Assembly: GCA_964596675.1 (NCBI GenBank)
Contig: CAZQUZ010000005.1
Location: 16,875-80,874, forward strand
Length of the DNA: 64,000 bases
Reading direction: 5' to 3'
Origin: an uncultured Candidatus Peribacteria bacterium
Lineage (GTDB): Bacteria > Patescibacteriota > Gracilibacteria > BD1-5 > UBA2023
Shown here: one piece after another, positions 55,404 to 64,000 of the stretch
How positions within the stretch are numbered: the first letter of the stretch is position 1
Layout of the letters: each line of letters starts with the position of its first letter
Position numbers and translations under genes: made by a program
The notes under the pieces: model-generated
Seen by the model: the letters and a program-made list of their open reading frames with translations, nothing else
What the model was told of the DNA's origin: nothing
Database searches by the model: none

Positions 55404-56915
55404 CTATTCTTCCTCTTCATTGAGTTTCCGAAGGAGTGGAGAAAATCGGAAATATTCAAAAAGCTGGAGTCACATATAACGACCTACAAGTATATTGAGA
55501 AATACAACAAGAATAATAATATCTGGATAAGAAATAAGAAAGTATTGAAGTGTTTTATACTCTACCATTTGATAAATAATAAATGTAATAATCGCATATT
55601 GAAAGACATCAAGCAATCCACTTGGTGAAAAAAGCTTTATATCTTCCTGAAAAATCTTATCTGCAAGAATAATGGTAATGAAGAGTGGAAATATAATGAG
55701 AACATTATCAAATATAGAGTACCGTATAATAGATAGTTCGAAAAAATTATCTACTCAAAGAATAAAAAGGAAGAGAGCGATATAGAGACTAATAAGAAGT
55801 GATCTTTTTGCGTGGAGTAAAAGATGAACTCTCTTACTGAAGATATTGACGAGAGTGATAGCAATAAATCCAATACCTATAAATAAAAGAGCAGATAATC
55901 AAAGTGATGAAATCGTTATTGCAAAAAGTATAGGATAATAGATGCCGAAAACATTAAATCATACTACTTGTTTCAGAAAGTTCAGAACAAGTACTACGAG
56001 AGTAAGTGAGAGCAGAAAGGCGATAAGTTGATATGAGAACCCTGAATATGCAAGAAACTCAAGAAAGCCACTTAAGCTATATATCTTCTTTGACTTCTCA
56101 TATGAGAGGACTTGTCAGATATCATATTCACTCTCTTTCGTTGTTGCAGCACGAGTGAGGAGTACATACAGTTGGTCTTCGGATATAAGAACCACTTTTT
56201 TCGCTCATAACTGGGAAAGAGGAAAAGCAATCACTTTTGAGAGAAATGAACGTGAATACTCTGAGATAATATATATTTGTTTCTTTGAGAAATTAAGTTC
56301 TTTGGTTTTTTGGAGCTTCACTATATCTGAGAAAAATCAGAGAACATCAGTACCTCAAACAACGAGGATATCACTTTGGTCAATATCGTTCCATATATCT
56401 ATGGCATTCTCAGCTTGAGATAAGCTGTTCTTTTGAGTGTAATTTTTATAAAGAATGTTATTCTTTTCAAAAATATCACGTATTCCAGTATCTACTCCTT
56501 TTCGTTCAGTTCAAATATAAGTAAATATTGAAGCATACACTCGTATTTCTTTTTCTATATTTCATTCACAACCCTGAAAACTTCATCAAATATTTGCCTC
56601 CAAACTTACTATTCAAGGAGTAGTAAAATATCGAAGATATTTTTCCCTATCCCGTATTGTTTCAACAACCTTTTTATCTCTTCGGAGAGTATAGACCACT
56701 CCTGAACTAAAATCCACATTCCCACTCCCCGTAGATACAATTTGGTACTCATGTGTTGAGTCAACCTTTACTTCACTTGGTCATTCAAGAAGAAAAATAG
56801 TGGAACACATCGTAGGTTCTCTTTGAATGATTTCACCACTTTCCGCATGCATTATCTCTATGGGAAGTAGGAGTGAAAGCAAGGAAATTGCAAGTTTTTC
56901 TATAATTTTTTTCAT
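55404..56915 (-). CDS. signal peptide + ~290-aa extracytoplasmic domain + 7 TM helices (503 aa); candidate 7TM/inactive-transglutaminase-type partner
   Basis: 504 codons with no TAA or TAG and about 13 TGA. The N-terminal signal is MKKIIEKLAISLLSLLLP. The last ~210 aa contain seven hydrophobic segments. Domain identity is inferred from context, not from recognised motifs. Confidence 0.6.
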
Positions 56916-56934
56916 AAGTGAAGGTTCTTAGGAA

Positions 56935-59259
56935 CTAAAGTATGTCGATTATTTTTAGATCATTAATTTTTATTTTTCCATAAAAAAGTTTTTCGTAGTC
57001 TCAGCCTTCGTCAATCCATTTCTTTACACGCATGTATCCATCGAGATATATTTTATCTTTTTGATATGTTGTTCCATGTACTCACTTTGTCTCGGAGTGA
57101 GATATTCCTCGCTTTAATCGCACAGCATCAGAAAAAATTGACTCATTTGATTTTTCTGGATACAGACTTCGGATAAGGTCTATCGTTTCAGAAAAAGAGA
57201 GCGTGTCAGCCACTGATAAGAGATAATATTTGAGATACATTGCATTTTTTTCATATCATTCAGGGAGGTGTTTAAATGAACGATAAATTGCAAACCCCTC
57301 TTCATCAGAAAGATAGTATCCAGTACCAAACTGGAATAGTTTTAATTCTGTTTCTTTTCCATTCAAATACCTACGAAAATGTGTTCCGATTTCATGCGAG
57401 AGTATTGCTCCAATTTCATTTTCCCGAATAATCGCATTTTTCGATATATGGATTTTTACTGTCTTACCATACGAGACTGACATTCTGGAGAGATTTCCAC
57501 TTTCTACAGTAATAGGTATTTTGGGAATATTATGATTTTCAAAATACCTATATATATAACTCATAACCTCATCGAGCGCTAACACTCGTCCAAGAGTAAA
57601 GGCATCAGTTTTTGGATTGTTTTGCACCTGCAATACTTTTTCCTTTGCTACAAGTGAGAGACTTGAGTTTGTTTTTCAAAACAAAAACTCATTATATCTG
57701 ACTATCTTTTCATGATTTTCATTTTTATAGGCTTCAACCAAAAATATCTTATTTTCTATTTCTGTAAGCTTTTCGATATAGAGTTCGGCAATTGGAGAAC
57801 CTTTTTGCTTGAGATTATACCCACGCTCAAAAAGATATTTTAGGTCTTCTTTGAAGGATAATACTTTCTCATTAGATGGAAAGTGATATTCAAATACAGG
57901 ATTATATCCTCATGGATTTTTGATAAACTCATCGAGTATGACGAAGTAATTGCTGGGCTTGAGGAGAGAAGAAAGATTAACTTTCTTTGAAGCCCTATAT
58001 ACAGCATCATCATAATCAAGGAGATCCTTCGTCCATTTTTCATTTGTCATGAGAGATTTCTGGGATATATGCGACATGGGACTAATCAGATACTCTTTCA
58101 GAATATCTTTTCACAAAATAATGCTGTTAGTTTGTGTATCTAACACGGTAAAGTTTTTTATATGAATTGATACTTGCGTATCAGTAATAAGGTGAATATC
58201 TGAATCAAAGGCTTGGGCGATATCTTTAGATATTGTGGTACTTTCTTTACTTATATCACAAATAATCTGGACTTCTCGGTCTCATTCGATATATGCCTTT
58301 TGCTCTAGATAAATAATCTTTTTTCCTGTATTTTCTGCAAGTATTTCTGTGTGAAAAAGTGTCTTCGCGATTTCAACTCCCTTTTCTGGGGATAATACTT
58401 TCAGATTTTCCACTTGTTTAAGTCTGGCTGCAAGTGGGACAAGATTGACGTTTTGGATTTCCAAGCCAGCGCGAGCATTGATTTCAAGAAGTTTTGGTCA
58501 ATTTTTCGTAATCACCCAATCAAGTGCGAGATATCCAAGTTTGGTATACATTTGAACCTGTGAAGAGTAGAGCAAGATATCTTCCCAGAATGGGATATGC
58601 TGATTATGCAATTCACTATACTCAGCAGGAAATGAAGTGGTAAAAATCTTTTTTGACTGAAAGAGACTTATTACTTCTCCATTAGCAATATTGAGCCCTA
58701 TTCCAATTCATCACTGTGCCAGATTTGCTTTCCCACCTGAATGGAGTGTAGGCATGCGCACCATAGCAGTAATTGGGACAAGGTTATAGACAATGACACG
58801 AATATCCGCAAGCCCATGTTTAGAGTAGAGAGAGAAGTCTTTTCATGGAGAGAGCATTTCTTCTATGACAACTGTATCTGTTGAGCCATGAAGAGAAAAA
58901 GATCCATGAAGTATATCTATCATATGGAGCTTAATTTCTTCTTCCGACCATATTTCAGAGTCAATGATATACATCTCATCTTCACGTCTTACGATAAGGA
59001 TACCACGTCATCAGCTTCATTTATTTGGTTTGATAACAAATGTATTTGATTTTATATTCTTGAGGGAGAACTTATGGAGCTCTTGCTGGTTGTTTATGGT
59101 ACAATATGTTTCTGCAAAAGGAATACCCCGACTAGAGAGGAAGTGTTTTGTTTTGAGTTTGCTATCTGCAAGAGAAATTGACTCATCCGAGTTTTTTGTT
59201 CGGATATATCGTAGATTTCTTGCATTCATTCAGAGGATGCCATGTGAAAAGAACTTCAT
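56935..59259 (-). CDS. fusion protein: alpha-L-glutamate-ligase-like ATP-grasp (N) + DUF1704/QEGLA-like putative metallopeptidase (C), 774 aa
   Basis: Track ORFs 59017..59229, 58282..58464 and 57256..57633 share one frame. Joined through about 14 TGA, the gene runs from ATG 59259 (MKFFSHGILGMNARNLRYI) to TAG 56935-56937. N-terminal motifs: VIKPNKGSGGRGI, GKANLAQGGIG, LEINARAGLEIQ. C-terminal motifs: SHEIGTH and SDEEGFAIY. Confidence 0.75.
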
Positions 59260-59440
59260 ACTTCCAATCTATAAAATAAGGAGGGTTTGTCAATGTTTAT
59301 TCAGCATCATGTAATCTAGATTTCATATATAGCAAGCCATCTCCCGACTTTTTTCAAAAAAGATTTGAGAAAAAGTGAAAAATAATTTATCGGTAATTGT
59401 GAGATATCACACCCTATAACTTTTTAACCACTTTTTCCCT

Positions 59441-59836
59441 ATGTTAAACCACATTTCCCCATCTATATATCTCGCGATTAGCAACTACATAGAACAAAAT
59501 GCTATTGTTGAGGCTTTTTATAGTCGAGATATCATCAGTCAGGCTGATATGTATCTCCCATATTATGACGACGAGGACGCTTCTGATAATCAGTATGCTG
59601 ATTTTGATATTTGGATCACATTCTCTCAAATAGAAAAAGTTGTTGATTTTGATGTATTGACCGAAAAATGAGTTCCGCATATCAACAGCGAATATGGTCT
59701 CTGGATTGGTGTCAATGATACAACCTCTATGGATGACTTCGTGAAGCGTGTGATAGAAATAGTCTATGATTATGAGATAAGTGATGCCGAGTTAGAGAAC
59801 TTAAAGAATAACTTCGATGTGAAAATCGAGAGATAA
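59441..59836 (+). CDS. acidic hypothetical protein (131 aa)
   Basis: Track ORF 59441..59671 reads through TGA to TAA 59834-59836. A terminator follows. Confidence 0.55.
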
Positions 59837-59842
59837 AATAAA

Positions 59843-59865
59843 ACAGGTCATTTGACCTGTTTTTC
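59843..59865. terminator. bidirectional hairpin terminator
   Basis: acaggtc-attt-gacctgt hairpin plus a T-run, between convergent genes. Confidence 0.65.
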
Positions 59866-59867
59866 GA

Positions 59868-60449
59868 TTAGTTTCCTGTTCCATTTATCATCTCATAGAA
59901 CTCTTTGAGAGTATCTTGATGAGAGAACTTGAACTTCATATCTTTGGTAGATCCATCGGCGAACTTGACCCCGACCGACTTGTATCGAGCAGAGAGTATG
60001 TTGAATTGTATCTTTGCTTTTCTATCACACATCTTTTGTTTTGCGAGTGTGTCATACATCTTACAGTTTGTATCGGTCATGAATATCACTTCATTGAACT
60101 GTACAGCAACACGCAGAGATGGAGTTATAGAATAGACATTGCTATATGTTCCATTTTCTTGGCTTCTGAAAGTGTTGATATATTTTTTCTTTCACTTTGC
60201 GTCCATGAGATAGACATCTTTTGTTTTGAGTTGGAGATAATCAGTATTGGTAGGAGATTTGAATTGTATGGCTCACATTCGCGTCATATCGTCTCCCCCT
60301 GCTTCATTCCAGTATCCTGTTTTTATAACAGCACCCGTTGTGAAGTCATGGAGTGAAGCATCAGCGTCTGACCATCCGCCAGCACCAGCAGAGACAAGAG
60401 CAATCGAGGCAGTAAGCACCATCAGTACGATAATAATAAGTTTTTTCAT
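59868..60449 (-). CDS. secreted hypothetical protein (193 aa)
   Basis: Track ORF 59868..60089 extends 5' through 2 TGA to ATG 60449. Signal peptide MKKLIIIVLMVLTASIALVSA. Confidence 0.6.
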
Positions 60450-60476
60450 AAAAAAATAGTAAGAAAATAAGATTGG

Positions 60477-60827
60477 TTATTTGTTTTTGTGGAATGTGTC
60501 CATCATCGCATCACAGATAGTGCGTGTCTTATCTGATGGCTCACTGTATTCCGAGAGAAGTTTCATTTTTATTTGTGTATATTGATTGAGTTCTTCTATA
60601 GTGAGTGGTCGTGTTTTTTGGATTTCACTTGCCCATGTGGCAAGTTGGCTCGATAGTTCATGATAGTAGAGGTCTCCGATAACCAGAAGGATATCGGCAT
60701 CAGTCTGACATTCTGAATATCTGGAAGTAGAAGTATTTGGTGATATGATAGAGCCACTGGACTGAGCCGAAACACTAGATACAAAAGTAAAAAATAAGCA
60801 TAAGAATAAGAATAGTAATTTCTTCAT
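60477..60827 (-). CDS. secreted hypothetical protein (116 aa)
   Basis: Internal Met of track ORF 60477..60908 (MKKLLFLFLCLFFTFVSSVSA). The upstream part overlaps the preceding gene. Confidence 0.55.
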   Translation of the reverse strand: MKKLLFLFLCLFFTFVSSVSAQSSGSIISPNTSTSRYSECQTDADILLVIGDLYYHELSSQLATWASEIQKTRPLTIEELNQYTQIKMKLLSEYSEPSDKTRTICDAMMDTFHKNK

Positions 60828-60840
60828 AGTACTAATAGAG

Positions 60841-61473
60841 TTATAAAATGGATCATGTCGTAAAAGAACGATACATATAGAAGAAAAATCGGAAGATTGG
60901 GTATCCAAACACCCAGAGAAGAGTAGTCATCCAGATATCTCACTGAATAATCTCATACTGCATTATTTGAGTAGAAATTATGAGAATAAGTAGATATCAT
61001 CCGAGACACCCAGTTATAGCAATCCATATCCAAAATACGAGAAGAATAATTTGCCCTATTGGATTGTATATTCACTCAACATATCATAACAGTATGACCA
61101 AGGTCATAGCAACATATAGTCCGTGTGCCATTCAGAGAGGATGGACTATTTTTTGTGCGATTTTCGGAGCAATCATATCAATAATCTCATCACTTTTCTT
61201 CATGTCTTCAATTGGTGCGTTCTCGTTTGTTTCCAGTGGTTTTTTATACTTGGTGATAGAGTTTCCCATGAAGGCACTTTCTTGATGAGCATATTGATTT
61301 TGTTCTGAACTATGAGAGTTTAGTTCATTGAGGATGGCATCACGCTCTTCAGTCATAGCAACAAAGTCCTCTTGCTTTCCACCACCGTCTGGATGATGTT
61401 TTTTCGCGAGATTTTTGAACTCTTTTTTGAGTGTATCTTCGGTATATGATGTTTTTTTGAAGTATTTTTTCAT
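60841..61473 (-). CDS. J-domain protein with C-terminal membrane region (210 aa)
   Basis: Track ORF 61132..61473 (KKEFKNLAKKHHPDGGG, containing HPD) continues through 6 TGA into 3 hydrophobic segments and ends at TAA 60841-60843. Confidence 0.62.
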
Positions 61474-61859
61474 TATTTTTGGAGATATTGGTCGTAAGTT
61501 GGGAGTGCCGTGTCATAGACCTCGATGCTTCCCCAACCGATAAAGATTTTCTCTTCATATTGATTTTTCTGGTAGATGGTATATGGGACACTGTAATTTT
61601 CTCGAACTCTTTCTTCATCGACTTGGACGATAAGATTGAGATTACATTTTTCATAGAACTTATCGAAGTACCTCTCTATCAACTTCACACAAGAAGAATA
61701 TGCGATATGTGTAGGATTATCCGTTTGAATTAGGACAGCATCGAGCATTTCAGGAGACTTAAATCCGTATTGTTCATGGTTCATGATATCCATGCGGAAC
61801 TGATTTGAGATGATATATTTAGACATATGAGGAAAATGATAAAAAAATAAAGACTTCAC
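61473..61859 (-). CDS. hypothetical protein (117-128 aa)
   Basis: Track ORF. Its stop overlaps the next start (TAATG). An alternative start is at 61826. Confidence 0.55.
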   Translation of the reverse strand: MKSLFFYHFPHMSKYIISNQFRMDIMNHEQYGFKSPEMLDAVLIQTDNPTHIAYSSCVKLIERYFDKFYEKCNLNLIVQVDEERVRENYSVPYTIYQKNQYEEKIFIGWGSIEVYDTALPTYDQYLQK

Positions 61860-61930
61860 ACATATGATGTAAAGCCTTTAAGAATGAGTTTTTAGTTAAA
61901 TAAAGGAGGCTTTATATCCTTATGTGTTTC

Positions 61931-62043
61931 GCTAAAAACTTACATTTTCCTGTCGATAAAACTTATCAAAGGAGAGGTATATAAAACCTCCTTACTTACT
62001 ATAAGTTTTTTCGACAGATTTTTCAGGAATGTAAGTTTTTAGC
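61931..62043. repeat. 113-nt imperfect palindrome with 16-bp perfect outer arms
   Basis: Outer arms are gctaaaaacttacatt (61931-61946) and aatgtaagtttttagc (62028-62043). Partial inner arms contain tgtcga/tcgaca. A central AAGGAG..CTCCTT hairpin is present. Confidence 0.5.
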
Positions 62044-62124
62044 CCAGATATGATATCACTCTTTTGGGAAAAAGCAACCAAAAAAGATGAGTTTTGCTCA
62101 TCTGAATCATCACGCACGCACACA

Positions 62125-62149
62125 CAAAAACACCCATGACACAGGGTGT
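62125..62149 (-). terminator. hairpin terminator
   Basis: acaccc-atgacaca-gggtgt hairpin with a minus-strand T-run, 30 nt after the 62179 stop. Confidence 0.6.
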
Positions 62150-62178
62150 TTTGCTGTTATGTTTCGGGTGGATCTCTT

Positions 62179-62892
62179 TTAATTTTCAATATTTTCTTCC
62201 TTCATTATCTCGTCAATATGTTGTTGTGTAAGTTTTGGATTATTAAAAGAATAGTAAAACTTTTTATTCTTATTCACATAACTGACCTTGAACATTTCGA
62301 GTTCTTCGAGTTTCTTGTAGATTGCCCTCGCTTGTGCTTGTTTCACTCATATATCGAATATCTTTCTCACGGAGATATCTCTATTTACGAGCATAGCATA
62401 AACTCGTTGGAATATGCGCTTATTTTCTCGCGTATAGCGTGGCTCATGTGGATTGACTGGTGTTGTATCATTTTCATCGCTATCCTCGTTGTATGGTCAT
62501 TTTTCATTGATTTGGAGGTGGATATTTGTTATCTTCTGATATCCGACTGGTGGAGGGATGCTAGTTCAAGATTGTTTGCCTTGGAATATAATGATACATG
62601 AGGGGAACTTGTGTCCGTTGACAACTAGTGGCGTGAGGCTTATATTCGGATAGAGCCTCTCTGCGAGATGTCCATAGAGGAACAAAAGGCTTTCTATAAC
62701 TTCTTTGAATGTCGCATGTTCTTGCTTGGTTCGAAGTATCTCTTCATGTGTGAGATTGAGACGGATTATAGTATAGTTTTTGAGTTCTATGATTTCCTCT
62801 GCGAGTGATTTTCTTTTGTCTGTTTTGCGAAAACCGAAAAAGGAGTTCATCTTGCTCGTGATAAAAAGTTCATTGACTGTTGGTAGATCCAT
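62179..62892 (-). CDS. hypothetical protein with C-terminal winged-helix-like region (237 aa)
   Basis: Track ORF 62566..62892 continues through 3 TGA to TAA 62179-62181. The C-terminus RIFQRVYAMLVNRDISVRKIFDIGVKQAQARAIYKKLEELEMF looks like a wHTH. Confidence 0.55.
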
Positions 62893-62910
62893 ATTCTTTT
62901 TTGAGTTATA

Positions 62911-63432
62911 TTATAAATAGTTTTCATTTTGATACTGTGTGAGTTTTTCTTTTGCTTCTTGGAGTTCATCATTTTTCTTTTCTTCCACGACCTCTATCTC
63001 TTCTATTTTCATGCGAAGTTTGTCTATTTTAAGTTCATTTTCATAGGATGCCTCAATGTCCACATTGGTCATGCTGTTCATCTCTATTTTTCGGATTTCT
63101 CATTCTGCTTCCCGTTTTTTAAGGGCGAGATTTTTGAGACCCATTTCGAGCGAGCGCACTTGTTCAAAAAGTCGTTTTTCATTGCCGTCTAATTTTATTC
63201 ATTTTTTTGTCTGCTTTTCTGGTGTTCATGTACTTACTGAACCTCATGACCCGCGACCATCGTGAAGCATATAGATAAAAAAGAGGAGGAATAGGAATGC
63301 TCATATCATTCAAGTTGTTCATAATCCATCACTATCAGCATCTTTCATAGTAGCATCGGCATTTATATCTTCCAGAGTTATGGATTGGAGGTTTTGTTCT
63401 TGTTTCATATTGGGAAAGTTAAGAGATAACAT
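62911..63432 (-). CDS. TM + coiled-coil hypothetical protein (about 173 aa, start uncertain)
   Basis: The frame of track ORF 63319..63528 continues through about 7 TGA to TAA 62911-62913. It has one hydrophobic segment and then heptad-like K/E-rich sequence. Confidence 0.5.
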
Positions 63433-63611
63433 TTCCTCATACGATGTTTTAATAATTTTTTCAAATGTTTTTTTCTTTTTATTTTGTGTGATGACACGAA
63501 ACCGCACAGGCAAGGGAAAAACTGGCAAAAGGAAAAAAGAAAAATAAAAAAAGATCTACTTTTTTGATATTTTCATTTGAAAAAAAGTTCTAAATCTCCT
63601 ATTCACACAAT

Positions 63612-63895
63612 ATGGCTGGTCGAGTACAAACGACCGTCCCTGCGTGGTGAGCCCGTTAGGATATAAAACCACAATCACAGGGTCGCAATGTGCCAATTAA
63701 ATGCGGGGTATTCCTAACCCACATGAAATCTCAATAAGATGGATTTGGTTAATTTTCGACGTTTTGGGGAAAGACAAACGAGCGATAGGATGTTCATACT
63801 TCCGAGTGGTAGTGGCTAACGTGGATATGGCATGCCCAGATATGATTTTAGGGGGGTTTGTCATATCCGGGTATGACCCACCCTCTGAAATCAGT
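63612..63895. ncRNA. GC-rich structured-looking non-coding island (identity and strand unknown)
   Basis: The stretch is markedly more GC-rich than its AT-rich flanks. Nested complementary segments include GGTCG/CGACC, CCCTG..GTGGT..ACCAC..CAGGG, AAATC/GATTT, GGATATG/CATATCC and GGGT/ACCC. The only track ORF here (63701..63907) is unconvincing. Confidence 0.3.
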
Positions 63896-64000
63896 GATGG
63901 ATTATAAGATTTAACTTTTGAAAAGATGAAAACTTGTAATTTCTAACTTATTGATATAATATACCTATATATTCATTAATGTTAGAACTTATGTGATACC

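Noticed and set aside
63612-63895. Identification as RNase P RNA, tmRNA, a group I/II intron or a cobalamin riboswitch
   Set aside because: The hallmark motifs were not found on either strand: GGAAAGUCC and ACAGAA..GGCUUA, a tRNA-like end with CCA, GUGCG plus domain V, P7 consensus, and the B12 box. It is kept as an unclassified structured candidate.
53244-63991. GTTAGAACTT 10-11-mer at about 53245 and 63981 as direct repeats flanking an island
   Set aside because: A match this short is expected many times by chance in 64 kb of AT-rich DNA. The flanking bases do not extend the match convincingly.
1-64000. CRISPR arrays, rRNA genes, IS elements, transposases or integrases
   Set aside because: No regularly spaced direct repeats, no rRNA-like conserved stretches and no transposase or integrase motifs were seen in any table-25 frame.

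Overview
This window comes from a genome that reads TGA as glycine (translation table 25; Gracilibacteria / Absconditabacteria-SR1 type, Patescibacteria/CPR). TGA sits in-frame at invariant glycines of many recognisable families, and only TAA and TAG end genes. The supplied ORF track treats TGA as a stop. Most genes are therefore fragmented or missing from it (for example the cytosine methyltransferase at 37233-38099), and several long track ORFs are antisense artefacts. I re-translated by eye with TGA=Gly and anchored coordinates to track ORFs where I could. Coordinates without a nearby anchor may be off by a few nt. The result is about 80 tightly packed genes. Housekeeping genes of moderate GC with few TGA codons include dnaK, recA, lexA, dnaJ, trxA, recG, an Fe-type sod, murC, miaA, dnaX, serS, thrS, glyQS, a polyprenyl synthase, uppS and rplU. 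Between them lie AT-rich, TGA-dense accessory genes:
- a KAP-type P-loop NTPase;
- a 1203-aa DEAH helicase with an unrecognised C-terminal half;
- a type II restriction-modification pair;
- a GGDEF protein and a NERD protein;
- three ATP-grasp amidoligase-type genes.
The most striking block is a four-gene minus-strand operon at 53.4-59.3 kb: an ATP-grasp/DUF1704-like fusion, a signal-peptide plus 7TM protein, a second ATP-grasp, and a CaCA antiporter. It lies in an AT-rich region that starts just after a tRNA 3'-end-like fragment at 53.1 kb. To its right (59.9-63.4 kb) is a run of small secreted, membrane, J-domain and wHTH genes. Candidate RNA and regulatory elements are a glyQS T-box leader, a CIRCE-like repeat at dnaK, a TGTATACA palindrome pair at lexA, a duplicated 5'-leader module at 18.9-19.8 kb, and a GC-rich structured-looking island at 63.6-63.9 kb. 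I found no rRNA, intact tRNA, CRISPR array, transposase or integrase.
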